Below, piece after piece: positions 36,574-48,100 of a stretch of DNA of 64,000 nt. Source of the stretch: Asterias rubens (taxonomy: Eukaryota); the NCBI RefSeq assembly GCF_902459465.1, contig NC_047063.1, positions 22,196,001 through 22,260,000 of the forward strand. Direction: 5' to 3'. The notes below the pieces were generated by a model. It was not told the DNA's origin. It saw nothing but the letters and a program-made list of their open reading frames with translations, and made no database searches. The stretch's first letter is position 1. The number at the start of each line of letters is the position of its first letter. The translations under genes and the position numbers were made by a program.

Positions 36574-39445
36574 ATGGCAGCTCCCATGGTCGCACGGAGT
36601 TTGAGATTGTTATGCAATCGACAAGCCGTTTTCAGGTCAGTATCCTTCACAAGAACTGTTTAAATATTGTTCAAAGCTTGACACCGTTTACCCCTCGTTT
36701 GCGAATGGAATAAATGCACATTCTATGGTCTAAAATAGTGAAGAGAAATTCTTCACGAAACTCATGCAACGAGTTTATATTGTCACGAGTGCTGCTTCAG
36801 TGCTATAGTATATATGTGTTTGGTATTGCACGAGTCTCGTGATAAATTATTTTTTCAGTGGTGGAAATGGAATAGATGGAAGATGGAATTTTTAATAATT
36901 GGGAACCAATTAGTTTCTGCTGAATCCAACATTTTGGATTACTACTAGGATAACTTTCCGTATGGCGCCACCACCTTTTCACTCATTTTTACAAAAAGGG
37001 ATATCTCATTGAGGTAAATTAGATACTATATTATTTCTTATCGAATGAAAAAGTGGTGGCGCCATACGGAAACTTTTCCTACTACTATATTACGATGTAG
37101 CTAGTGTAATAATCCAAAATGTTTTGGATTTTTCAATTTTATAAATTATTTATGATGATTTATTATAAATATTATTAATATTATGAAGCTAAATTTTTCT
37201 GAACCCTGCTTGTCACCTGATCGAAACCTTTCAGCTGGTCAAGGGATTGGAAAAAGTTGATTGCAAGAAATTCTTCAATAATAATAGATTAATACAGCTA
37301 GAAACACCAGTACGAGGGCCACTCTTTTTTAAAATTAAAGTTGTAAAACTTGTACAAGCCTACTCTCAACAAAAACATTGGGTGCAGAAGGAATTTCTTT
37401 TCACAGAGAATCATTAATGATTAATATACAGTCTCCCACACCAAGTAATAGTAAATGCCAAGACAGTGTCAACATTTAAGAAAGAGCTCGATGTCTATTG
37501 GAAGGAATCTATGATAGGATATATAGGTCCCAAAGGAAGCCTAACGTCACTAACGCTGAGCCAACCAGGTTGCCTGAATATAAACTAAATAGTCACTGTC
37601 TAATTTTTGTATTTATTTACTCAGGAACTTAAGTCGACCCATGAGTAAGCTACAGCCAACTGATGATGAGCTGTATGTACGAACAACAATCAGCCTCTTG
37701 TCTAAAGAGTCCGAGGGTCTACCGTTCATCTCCAACTACAGCGTCCATGGATTCACAGTCAGCGGAGATCGAGTAATCGGACCTCTGGCTATTCTGCCGA
37801 GAAGTCTCGTCCAGTGGAATGTTAGTCACCTTTCAACCATCCGGATACATAAGGGACTGTGTCAAAATTAGTCCAGGGAAATCAGCTATTACATTCTGTC
37901 AAGGACAGTTTTTTACACACTGTTAGTTCACCTGGTTTTAAATTGGGTGTCGGAAAAAACATTGGAGAAGCTCAAAGTGCCTGGGGTTACATGTGTTTAA
38001 AAACGCAGCTATGAGTTTGAGTGCCACTCATGACACTGAGTGTCAAATGTTATGCTTAAGTTAAGCAAGACACCTTACACCTTTCTTTGTCCTTCAGACA
38101 GGACGCAAAGCTGTAGGATTTAAAACTGTAGCTATGTTTACAGTTATGAGGCAATGGAAAATGGGTTTATAAGACAATGCGTTTGCCTGTTTTTTTCTGG
38201 TTAGCATTTTTGTGTCCAGCTGCAAGAGCAACACCTGTATGAGCATCACCTTGTGAAACCCAAAAAAGGTGCTACGTAAATCGGTCTCATAATTAAAACA
38301 CTTAAAAAACCTTTGGTCCAGTACCTTTGGAGTACCTTAATGGTAGATTTGTGGGTATATAAGACTCCGATATTATTATTGTGTTTGGTAATCTTTGTTG
38401 TTTTAGGTCGGTAGTGTAGCAGACATCAATGAAGAGAGCCTGTCACTGTTTCATTTATTGGAACCCAAAATAGGTAAGAATTAGTCCGAGTTCTCAGTAG
38501 ATGGTTAAAACTAGTCCGAGTTCTCAGTAGATGGTTAAAACTAAACTGACATAACCGCTCCAGGCATTCGCCGATATCTCAAAAACTGCTACCACATTTT
38601 GAAATGAAATTTTCATAGGTTAGTTTTGATTGTATATGTCTACATTCATATAGGATTAAAGCAATCGAATGGTACCAAAATCAAAGGTATTACTATGACC
38701 TTATATATTGATCGGCATACATGTTTTTTTCCTCTACATTCTCTGAGAGTTTGAAACCCAAGTTTAATTTTTAAATTAACACTTTAAATTTAAATTTCAT
38801 TGTGACCCTTCCCTCTTCCAGAAATCCTTGTTCTTGGCTGTGGGGCAGTCAACCACAGATTGGATCCTGGGCTGCACAAATTCATGAGGCAAAAGGGAAT
38901 AGCGCTTGAAGTTCAAGACACGGTAAGTATCATAAAGGGAGGGGAACACCTTTGGTAATTACTTCCTAATGAATCTATTCAAGAATTTGACAGTTACTAT
39001 TAAAATTTATGAACATTGAAAATCTATCGGTAAAGATCTATGGAGATGTATAATGTAGTTTTAGAGAAATAGGAACATTTTCACCCCACATTTGAATCTG
39101 AGAAAGGCTTCAGACATGTAGCCTTTCTCAGCCAGACATGAAGCCTTTCTAAGGCAATCAAGTCTATGCGACAAGTTTTTCTTTCTTTCTTTCTTTCATT
39201 CATTATTTTCTTGCAACTTTGATGACCGATTGAGCCCAATTTACGCTGGAGTATGTTATGCATATGTTGGGATACACCAAATGGGGGTACTAGTCTTTTG
39301 ACAATCACGAAAAGTATACCCTGCTAAAGTATAATTCTCTTTCTGATCTCATTTTCAGCCACACGCCTGTTCAACATTTAATTATTTAGTGAGTGAGAAC
39401 CGCATCGTTGCCGCAGGTCTCATACCCCCCGAGAAGGTATTATGA
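36574..39445 (+). CDS. NDUFAF3: NADH dehydrogenase (complex I) assembly factor 3, Mth938-like domain, 170 aa
   Basis: Join: 36574-36635, 37625-37820, 38407-38473, 38822-38922, 39359-39445. GT-AG, 513 nt. Arg-rich N-terminus resembling a mitochondrial presequence (MAAPMVARSLRLLCNRQAVFR). Motifs ISNYSVHGF..GDRVIGPLAILP..VQWNV, LEPKIEILVLGCG, GIALEVQDTPHACSTFNYL.E.R.VAAGLIPP. Confidence 0.93.
36948..37079. mobile_element. Third copy of the 8-bp-TSD MITE (NDUFAF3 intron 1); a degenerate fourth copy at ~21868-22015
   Basis: TSD TACTACTA at 36940-36947 and 37080-37087. Confidence 0.8.
38482..38543. repeat. 30-bp tandem duplication just after the NDUFAF3 exon 3 donor
   Basis: TAGTCCGAGTTCTCAGTAGATGGTTAAAAC x2. 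Confidence 0.85.
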
Positions 39446-39653
39446 TGATGGCATCACTAATCAACGAAGAGTTTCCGTTGTGTGCAATTCTCCGTCTCAG
39501 TTCATTTGTTGATCAACCAATAATCAGTTACGAGCTGCAGTGGTGTATCTAACAAGGGGTGGAAGTGGAATTGTGTCAAAATGTTGCTACATGCCAACAG
39601 TCGACCCTGGTAAAAAGAACAAATTTTATCTCAGGAGTTTTTTTCCACACCTC

Positions 39654-39791
39654 TTAAGCTTGGTTTATACTTCCTGCGAATGCGAAGCGAATTTCGGTGA
39701 CACAACAATCGGTATGAGCTCCCTTTACCTTTGTGACGCAATAAAATTTGCATTGCACGAAGCATTCGCAGGAAGAATGAACCAGGCTTTA
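39654..39791. mobile_element. ~140-bp TIR element in the NDUFAF3 3' region
   Basis: TTAAGCTTGGTTTATACTTCCTGCGAATGC / GCATTCGCAGGAAGAATGAACCAGGCTTTA. Confidence 0.6.
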
Positions 39792-42077
39792 GACTCTGTC
39801 TACAGCTTCGAGCTTTCTGATGTTAAAAGCATTTATACAAAATGTACACTGCTCCAAATTTGATAAAGTCTGGAGCCAGGGCACAAGCCAAGATTTGGGA
39901 AAATGGTCCACGTCTGCTCAAGTTTCTGGAGTTGGGCGATTCACAATACAGCAGCACTCAGAAGTTTCCCTAAAAGTAACCCACTAGAAACTAAGCATCA
40001 CACAAGGGCGGCAAGACAACAAAAACTTGTCAACTTTAATCCCCGTGAGGCACTGTAAAAATGTCCTCCCCTAGATTATGAAACACCATCTAAAAGGTGT
40101 ACAAATGAGCCGAGCTGTACACAGTAACATCAAGTAATTTAAAAATCAAATCCATTTGTACATTAACTTGAATAGTAGTCTCAGTGTTCATGTTTATTGT
40201 ATACTGTCATGATGCATATTGTACAAGTCAGCTAGTGTCACCTGTCGGAATATTTTAGTGAAGTTCAGCACAAAACAAACGGAAAAGAGTTCATACAGCA
40301 GTACGGAAACAAAGGCAAAATCAGAAGGGGCAGGAAAACTGAACAATTCAAAACCTGGTATTAGTAGAAAACAAATATGTATGGGAAAAACATACAGGTA
40401 TACCAACAAAAATATTTAGTACATGAAAAGTGATTTTTTTTACAATACGGTCATACTTGACTAAAATGTTACTGTAAATATTAATGTACATTTTAACAAA
40501 TATTGTAACTTTATTGCACTAGGCTAGAAAAGAAAATATAGATTGGTTAAAGGCCACAGCATACTTGAGACAAATAAATCGCCCCCACTTTTCTGTAGAG
40601 TGTGGGGGGGGGGGGGGGGGCAGGGCGGGGTGTGCGTACCCATCAAATAAGGAGGACTTTATCCAAAGGAATTTGGGTGTTTAGAAAGAGCGAGGATACT
40701 CACTTCTCTTTTGTGCATAAAAACATTGGCAGATAGTTAAGCAGTGGACACTATTGGTAATTACTCAAAATAATTATTAGCATAAAACCTTACTTGGTAA
40801 CGAGTAATGGGGAGCTGTTGATAGTATAAAACATTGTGAGAAACGGCTCCCTCTGAAGTGGAGTAGTTTTCGAGAAAGAAGTGTTTTTCCACAAATTTGA
40901 CTTCATACCTCAGATTTAGAATTTGAGGTCTTGAAATCAATCATCTGAAAGCACAAAACTTTGTGTGACAAGGGTGTTTTTTTCTTTCATTATTATCTAG
41001 CAACTTTGATGACCAATTGAGCTCAAATTTGCACAGGTTGGTTATTTTGTGCACATGTTGAGATACATCAAGTGAGAAGACTGGTCCTTGACAATTACCA
41101 ATAGTGTCCAGTTATAATGACCTCTTGACGCCAGTGACGATATTCCTCTAATTGGGTGTGAACACAGTTCTCCAGCTATTAGAAAACTGTAATATCTATA
41201 TATTTGAGATCATCCTTTATTGGCTGTTTAACATAAAGCAGTGTGTGTCTCCATTGCATGCAAAAAAGTGAACTGATTACGGTTTTTAAATTATTAGTGG
41301 AAATGACTAATTAATAAATCACTACATGTTGGTAAGTTTGTTATGTCACACTGTACATGTGTTTTGTCCAACTATAGAATCGGCCCAACTATAGTTGGGC
41401 TGATCCCAACTAGTGTTTGAAGATTCCAATTGTCCAATTCTATAGTTGTGTGGAACACCTGAAACTGAAGAACAAAATCGCAAGCTTGAAATCCTGTATG
41501 AAAAAACCGCTACTTGGGGTTATTTAATAATGCTGTACACCATCTGCCTAGGGTTTTATGTATACTCGAGCCATGTCAGATTTAGTGGCTACGACTTGAT
41601 CGTCATGCCAACATGTATTGAAATATAGGATGCCCATAGCAACACCCTTGGCAACAGCCACATCCATAGGCAAAAATATGGACACTGCCTTTATGTTCGA
41701 TAAACATGATTTGAGGGATTTGCAATACAGTGTTGAATAAATAAAACAATCCAATTTCTGGTGGTAGATCTTCCACAGAGTACATTATATGTAATAAATT
41801 AATTTGTTGTATTTCAACAGAATAAAGATTGATTATTTATTTGAAGAAAAACAAAAATAGCGGTTTGAGTAACATGGCTTAATATAAAAATATTAATTTG
41901 AGTCTCATATTTCTGACATAAGGATAACCTTATACACCTTTACGCATCCCCACTTATACAAAAAATATTTGATCACACCATTTAGGAGCTTCTAGAAAAA
42001 ACTTAAAGTACCATAATTCTCCTTTGATTCAAAATATGACTCTCCTCAAAGATAAAACTTTCAACAGGAAAGAGAAC

Positions 42078-42823
42078 TTAAAGGCAATGGACACTATTTG
42101 TAATTACTAAAAAATAATTTTTAGCTTAAATCCTTTCTTGGTAACAAGTAGTAGGGAGACATTGTCAGTATAAAACATTGTGAGAAACGACTCCATCTAA
42201 AGTAATATAGTTTTCGAGAAAGAAGGAATTATCAACATATTTACTTTTGAGACCGCAGATTTAGAATTTGAGTTCACAACTTCGTGTGACAAGGGTGTTT
42301 TTTCTTTCATTATTATCTAGCAACTTTGACGAACGATTGAGCTCAAACTTCACAGGTTTGTTATTTTATGCATATGTTGAGATACATCAAGTGAGAAGAC
42401 TGGCCTTTGATAACTACCAATAGTGTCTAGTGTGTTACGATACACTGGATACTATTGGTAATTGTCGAAGACTAGTCTTCACAGTTGGTGTATCTCAACA
42501 TATGCATAAAATAAAAAACCTGTGAAAATTTGAGCTCAATCGGTTGCAAGATATTAATGAAAGAAAAAACACCTGTGTCGCACCATGGTCACACGAAGTT
42601 GTGTGCTTTCAGATGCTTGATTTCGAGACCTCAAATTCTAAATCTGAAGTCTCAAAATCAAATTTGTGGAAAATTACTTCTTTCTTGAAAACTACGTCAC
42701 TTCAGAGGGAGCTGTTCCTCACAATGTTTTATACTATCAACCTCTCCCCATTACTCATAATTAAGAAAGGTTTTATGCTAATAATTATTTTGAGTAATTA
42801 CCAATTGTGTCCACTACCTTTAA
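42078..42823. mobile_element. Two K1 MITEs in abutting inverted orientation
   Basis: 42078-42435 (+) and 42440-42823 (-). Confidence 0.8.
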
Positions 42824-43425
42824 AGGACTTATTCACTTTTGAAAATAAATCTCTACGTTAGCAGACGTCAGGTTTCTGGTTATTGCTAATATTTAACTCA
42901 ACTCCTTCGGTTCTTTTTTTTTCTTTGTGCTTTCAAACCTATCAGTTGCAAACATGTATCCGAGTAAAAAATATATTTTTAATAACATTTTTGGCATATA
43001 ATATTTCACAAATTATTAAACCTTATGTACAATACAACTATACAATCTCAACAATTTTTTAGTTGAAACATTACTTAATAAACACACCACATAGTGTCCT
43101 GCAGTTGACCAGTAACAAAATTGTCATAGTCCACTTTCATGGAGCTGCTTACGCACCGAAGCTTGCCCTTACCAAACCAAAATACCTTGTCATATGTACA
43201 AGTTGTGATTGGTTTCCTATTAGTTTTTTGCTCGGCATAAACTTATTTCACAATATTTTTTATGAAGCTGCTCTATGAAAGTGGTTAAATATTTGCTTAT
43301 TATGCTTATTCTTGTTCATTCACCAGTAAGCTTGTCTTGTAGCTGTACTTAGTTCAAATCGGGGTCTTGTGCTTGCTCTGTAATGTACACATGTACATGA
43401 TATGGGCTTCTTGTCATGTGCGGTT

Positions 43426-43612
43426 CAGGACCCAACTGCTGAAGTACAAAAATCAGCTAAGCACAACAAAGTTATGCTTACCAGAGTAAGGTTACCAGCC
43501 AAAATACAGTGTCACATAAACAATCTGAGACTGGTATCCTGCTTATTTTTTCTTAGCAGCAAATTATTAAGCAATACTTTCTGCTTAAGCAACTCTATGA
43601 GACTGGGCCCTG
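43426..43612. mobile_element. MITE family with CAGGGCCCAATTTCAT termini (multi-copy)
   Basis: Other copies or fragments at ~12060-12250, 12940-13178, 30350-30520, 33225-33410, 47135-47470, 56030-56740, 57716-57760. Confidence 0.7.
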
Positions 43613-44324
43613 ATGTCAAGGAGTTGCCAATCCAGTGAGTTTGCTCATTCCTCGTGCCTCAACTAAAGTCTTCAAAGGGAACCAATAGTGAAGGTGAATG
43701 GCACAATACTGGCAAGTGCGGGCGCACAGTAATGAATTGAAGCGTTATGCAGAATGCTGTGTGCAGTGTTTCACATATTTTACACAAAGAACAAAAGTAC
43801 GACCTGAGGCCAGTCTAGTCTGCCAGTTTCCCCCATAAATTACAACTTTTTCTTTCAACTGTGTGATTATGGGAGAAAAATGTGAAGCAAAAGATTCATT
43901 TTTCCAAGTCAAATTGTCAAGTTAGATTAGTCTCATGCAGCTAGAAGAAAACAAAATTCACACACAGCTTCAACTCTAAATCATAGTATTGTCAACTAAG
44001 ATGCATTTAAATTTCCTGGTTCAAGATTCATGATAGTACAGAATAGTGGGGGGTGGGAGGGAAGGGTTGGAAAGGCAGTAGTGAAAAAAATCCTATTAAC
44101 TATTTCCTCCACTCCAGGGGACATTTTTTTGTCCCTCTATGGAAGAAGTTAGGGCCAGCAAATCTCAATGAATAAATGTCTACCATAAGTCCAGGCCTGG
44201 AATTAAACGGAGGCCATGGTGCCCCTTCAAAAGACTCTAAAACGCCAGGAAGCGCCCTTTGCAAAATGAAAACTGCTTTGCCCTCTCCAAAGATGAAATT
44301 CAAGGCCTGCAAGTCGCCAGTCTG

Positions 44325-45127
44325 CTACACCTCCGAACCTGGTCTACCATTGGCACTTCTTTGTAATATGACCGTGTCGCCACTTTCCTCATCTGGCGAT
44401 AGGAGAACCTCAGATTCAGGCTCGCGACTTTCGCCGTTTGTGGCTTTCATGTTGTTCAGCTTGAAGTAACGCGCTTGCACGCCGTTCTTGTTTGGGTCGT
44501 CTTTTAGCTTTCTCCGTTTCCGCATGAGGAAGTTATCCACCACCCAGAACATGATGGCCTGGAATAGAAAGAGAGGAGAGCATTAAAGAACATTACAAAG
44601 TTGGTTTTTGCTAAACAAAACAGTTATTGGCAGTGTGGGTAGTGGGCACTTTATGAAATCCACCATATACATAAACTGACAAACCTGTAGAAGTTTGCGA
44701 TCGATCAGCCATCTGGGTCACGAGAAAACAGTGAAAAATCGATTACAAATGTTGCATGGCACCGATGCCAAAACAAAAATGAATAAAACACTCAATGAGC
44801 GATAAACTCCAAACGCGAAACTAGATTATTTATTTCTCCGCAAATATGACATTTCAGACAGAAATATTTCAAGGGATGTTTACTACTATCATCATCAGTA
44901 GACCGTGCAAGTTTTATTTAAATCTGTGATCTTCACGATTTTTTTCTTCTTACCTATTCTGTAACAATTTTTATTAATTGTGTGAAGGCTTACTAATTAT
45001 CAAGGTAATTCCGGAACTATTTTTATGTACCAGAATCAAGTTTATAGAAAATAAGGTTGCGTCCGAATTGGTGGGTGCAGCTTGTCAACAGCAGCAGCCA
45101 TTTCAGACTTAGTTATAAGGTTGGGTC

Positions 45128-45159
<32 letters not shown>

Positions 45160-48100
45160 GACAAATTATATTGCGCACGATCCACCTAATAAGGTGCTCA
45201 AAGCGCCTGAAAAGAAGAAAACAGAAACAAATCAACAGAGGGAAGAGGGAACAACGGGAAAACAGAAGAAATAAAATACTGAAAAGCTGTTTGAAACAAA
45301 TGAAATACTATCATTACTTAAACTCATAGATTGGTTTTGTCAAGGTAATACTGGTTTATTTATAGGCACACAATAAAAGTCACATGTGAAAGTTTCAGCT
45401 CAATATCGTACCGAGAAAACAACACAAAAAACAGGGAGAGTGGTCTAAAAAGGTCAGGTGTCCTGCCATAATTCCTAATTCTTCAGTCATGTAACAGTAT
45501 TACATGGGCAATCGGAAGTTAAGTTTTTGGGGTTATACTTACATTAAGAAAAAAGGGAACTATAAGCATAACAATGACAACCTCCACTCTGGCGTTATGT
45601 ATTGGAGAAAGTAGCGTTCTTGCAACCTGCACATTAAATAAGAGACAAATTATCCTGTTAATAATAAACAAAATACACCGATTTGAGTTTAAGCAATTAT
45701 AGTGTCTTGCTCAAGGGCACAAGTGTCATGACCGGGATTCGACCCCACACTCTGCTGCTAAAAACACCAAAGCTTAGGTCCAGTGACCTAGACCACTCAG
45801 CCACGACACGCCATGAGATGAAATCTTGAGCAGAGCTACATGTGGATGTGTCGTGGCCGAGCAATTAAGAGCACTGAATTCAAACTCTGGTGTTTCTGAT
45901 CAGCAGAATGTGGGTTCGAATCCCCAGCCGCGACACTTGTGTAGACACTTAGCCGTTGCCTCGTCCTTCGGATGGGACGTAAAGCCGTTGGCCCAATGTG
46001 TGTAACGCATGTAAAAGAACCTAGTGCACTTGTCGAAAAGAGAAGGGGTTCGCCCGGGTGTTCCTTGCGGTGGCTGCTATATGCGCTGTAGCATCTTGTG
46101 AACCCTTACAAGGTGCTACTTAATCGGGTCTCAGAATTCATCACTTCAATAACACATCTTTCTGAAAGTTTGTATATACCCAGCGCATTGTGTACCTTGT
46201 TTGGTAGATACATGCGCTATATAAGACTTCGATATAATTATATTACTATTATTAATAAGAAATTCAAAATAATATTCAAATGAAACTCACCTCAGACCAA
46301 AATTTCAGGCTTGCAAATAGGGTAATAACAACTTTCTCCACTATGACTATGAGTACAAACACACCACACTGGCCAATGAACGATTCACACTTCGGAGGGG
46401 TGCCGTATTCTCCAAAATACAATGTTTTGCAGCCGCATAGTTTAACAATGCACTGAGATATCTTCACACTGATGTAGATAAAAAACAGGCCGAACGTGGA
46501 GTCCAGAAGGAAGTAAACAATGTACCTGAAAGAGAGGAAAAATTGATAAAAGGGAAGTTATGCAATAGACCGATCCATTAGGCTCCGCCCACGACGCACA
46601 TGTGAGCAAGAACGCGTGAGCCTCCCCAATGCCTTTCTGCAAAATCAGCCGTGCGCGCCAAGCATACGCCCACGCATGTCGGACCTTATATGTCGGACCT
46701 TCGTTGCGTTGTGATTGGTCGGAGCTCAAGGGATTGGTCAATTGGTAATCACTCTTAAAATGTATGGCAATAACAAACTTTTGGTTAGATGCCTACAACA
46801 GCTTACTGTAGTATACAGCATTTTGATAAACATTTCACTTCAAAGTTATGTGGTTATAAAGAATGTACAAAAATATCAGTGGTATGCCCCAGAGTTTAAT
46901 CTGAGAAGCGCTACTGCATTAACAGAATGGATATTTCTATTAGGGACTATTCTTCCTGTGTTAACATTATTCTCTCCGGATTTTCAGCGATATCTCAAAA
47001 ACGCAACCACCTTTTGAAATGAATTATTAGTTTTATTGTACTCATACGAAAGGTTAAAAAAACCAAAGGTATACTTTGCCTTTAACAACAAAATTTAGTT
47101 ATTTGCATTCGTCTGCAAGAGTCTCCTTTCTTGGTGACCAATTTCATAACGCTGCTGAAGCAGAAAATATTGCTTAGCAATTTTCTGCTTAGCATAAATG
47201 AGCAGTAAACCTGTCTCAAATTGTACATATGTGACATTGTATTTTAGTTGTAGTTGCAAGTGGAACCCGCTTGACTATCAGCTGACCAGGGCTCAATTTC
47301 ATAAAGCTGCATGAAAAAGCACAGAAAGCAGCTAAGCAAAACAAAAATATATGCTTACCAGAATAAGATTACCAGCTACAACAGTACCATGTCACTCGTG
47401 CTATCTATGACTGGTATCCTGTTTATATTTGCTAGCAGAAAAACTGATAAACATATGAAATTGCGCTCAGGGTTACTTAATTCTGCAAACCATCCCCGAG
47501 CCTTGTAAAACACTAGAGCAAGTATTGAACAATTCAATAGATGTTAATATTTCATCGGGGATAAAGAATTCATGTAATTTTTTGGGGGAACAAGTTTTGA
47601 ATCTCTGGCTAATTATTTTTTATTGTTGTATCTGCAACTAATAATACAGACTCACCATATACAGGGATCTCCTTGGAAAAGCTCTGATGAGAGAAACACA
47701 TTGGCCATGTGTATAACTCCAGCTCCTAATGCTTGCTTTGATGTGTCATAAAACCTGTTAAAACACACAAAATAGTATGGCTGTTCAATTTTCAACTGTT
47801 TTAAAAAGGGACACGTTGCCTTGGATAAAACTGACTCACATTGTTCATCATTATACACATAATGAATGTTTATGAGTGCAATGGTGCGAATATGTTCATG
47901 AGTTGAAAGATGGAATGTTCTATTCAACGAGGCGGAGCCGAGTTGAATGGAACATTCCAGCTTTCAACGAATGAACATATTCGCGCCATTGCACGAATGA
48001 AAAACATTCATTATTTGTTTTATATAACATCCAAGTAGATCTTTGTCATTTTGATTGAAAGATACAACTTTCAAAACAAACAATTTCAACTGTAGAAGCC

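Noticed and set aside
44100-44327. In-frame open sequence after the STIMATE TAG (possible stop-codon readthrough)
   Set aside because: The extension runs through a CAGGCCTG-family MITE (44190-44310), and TAG-CAG-ACT is not a strong readthrough context.
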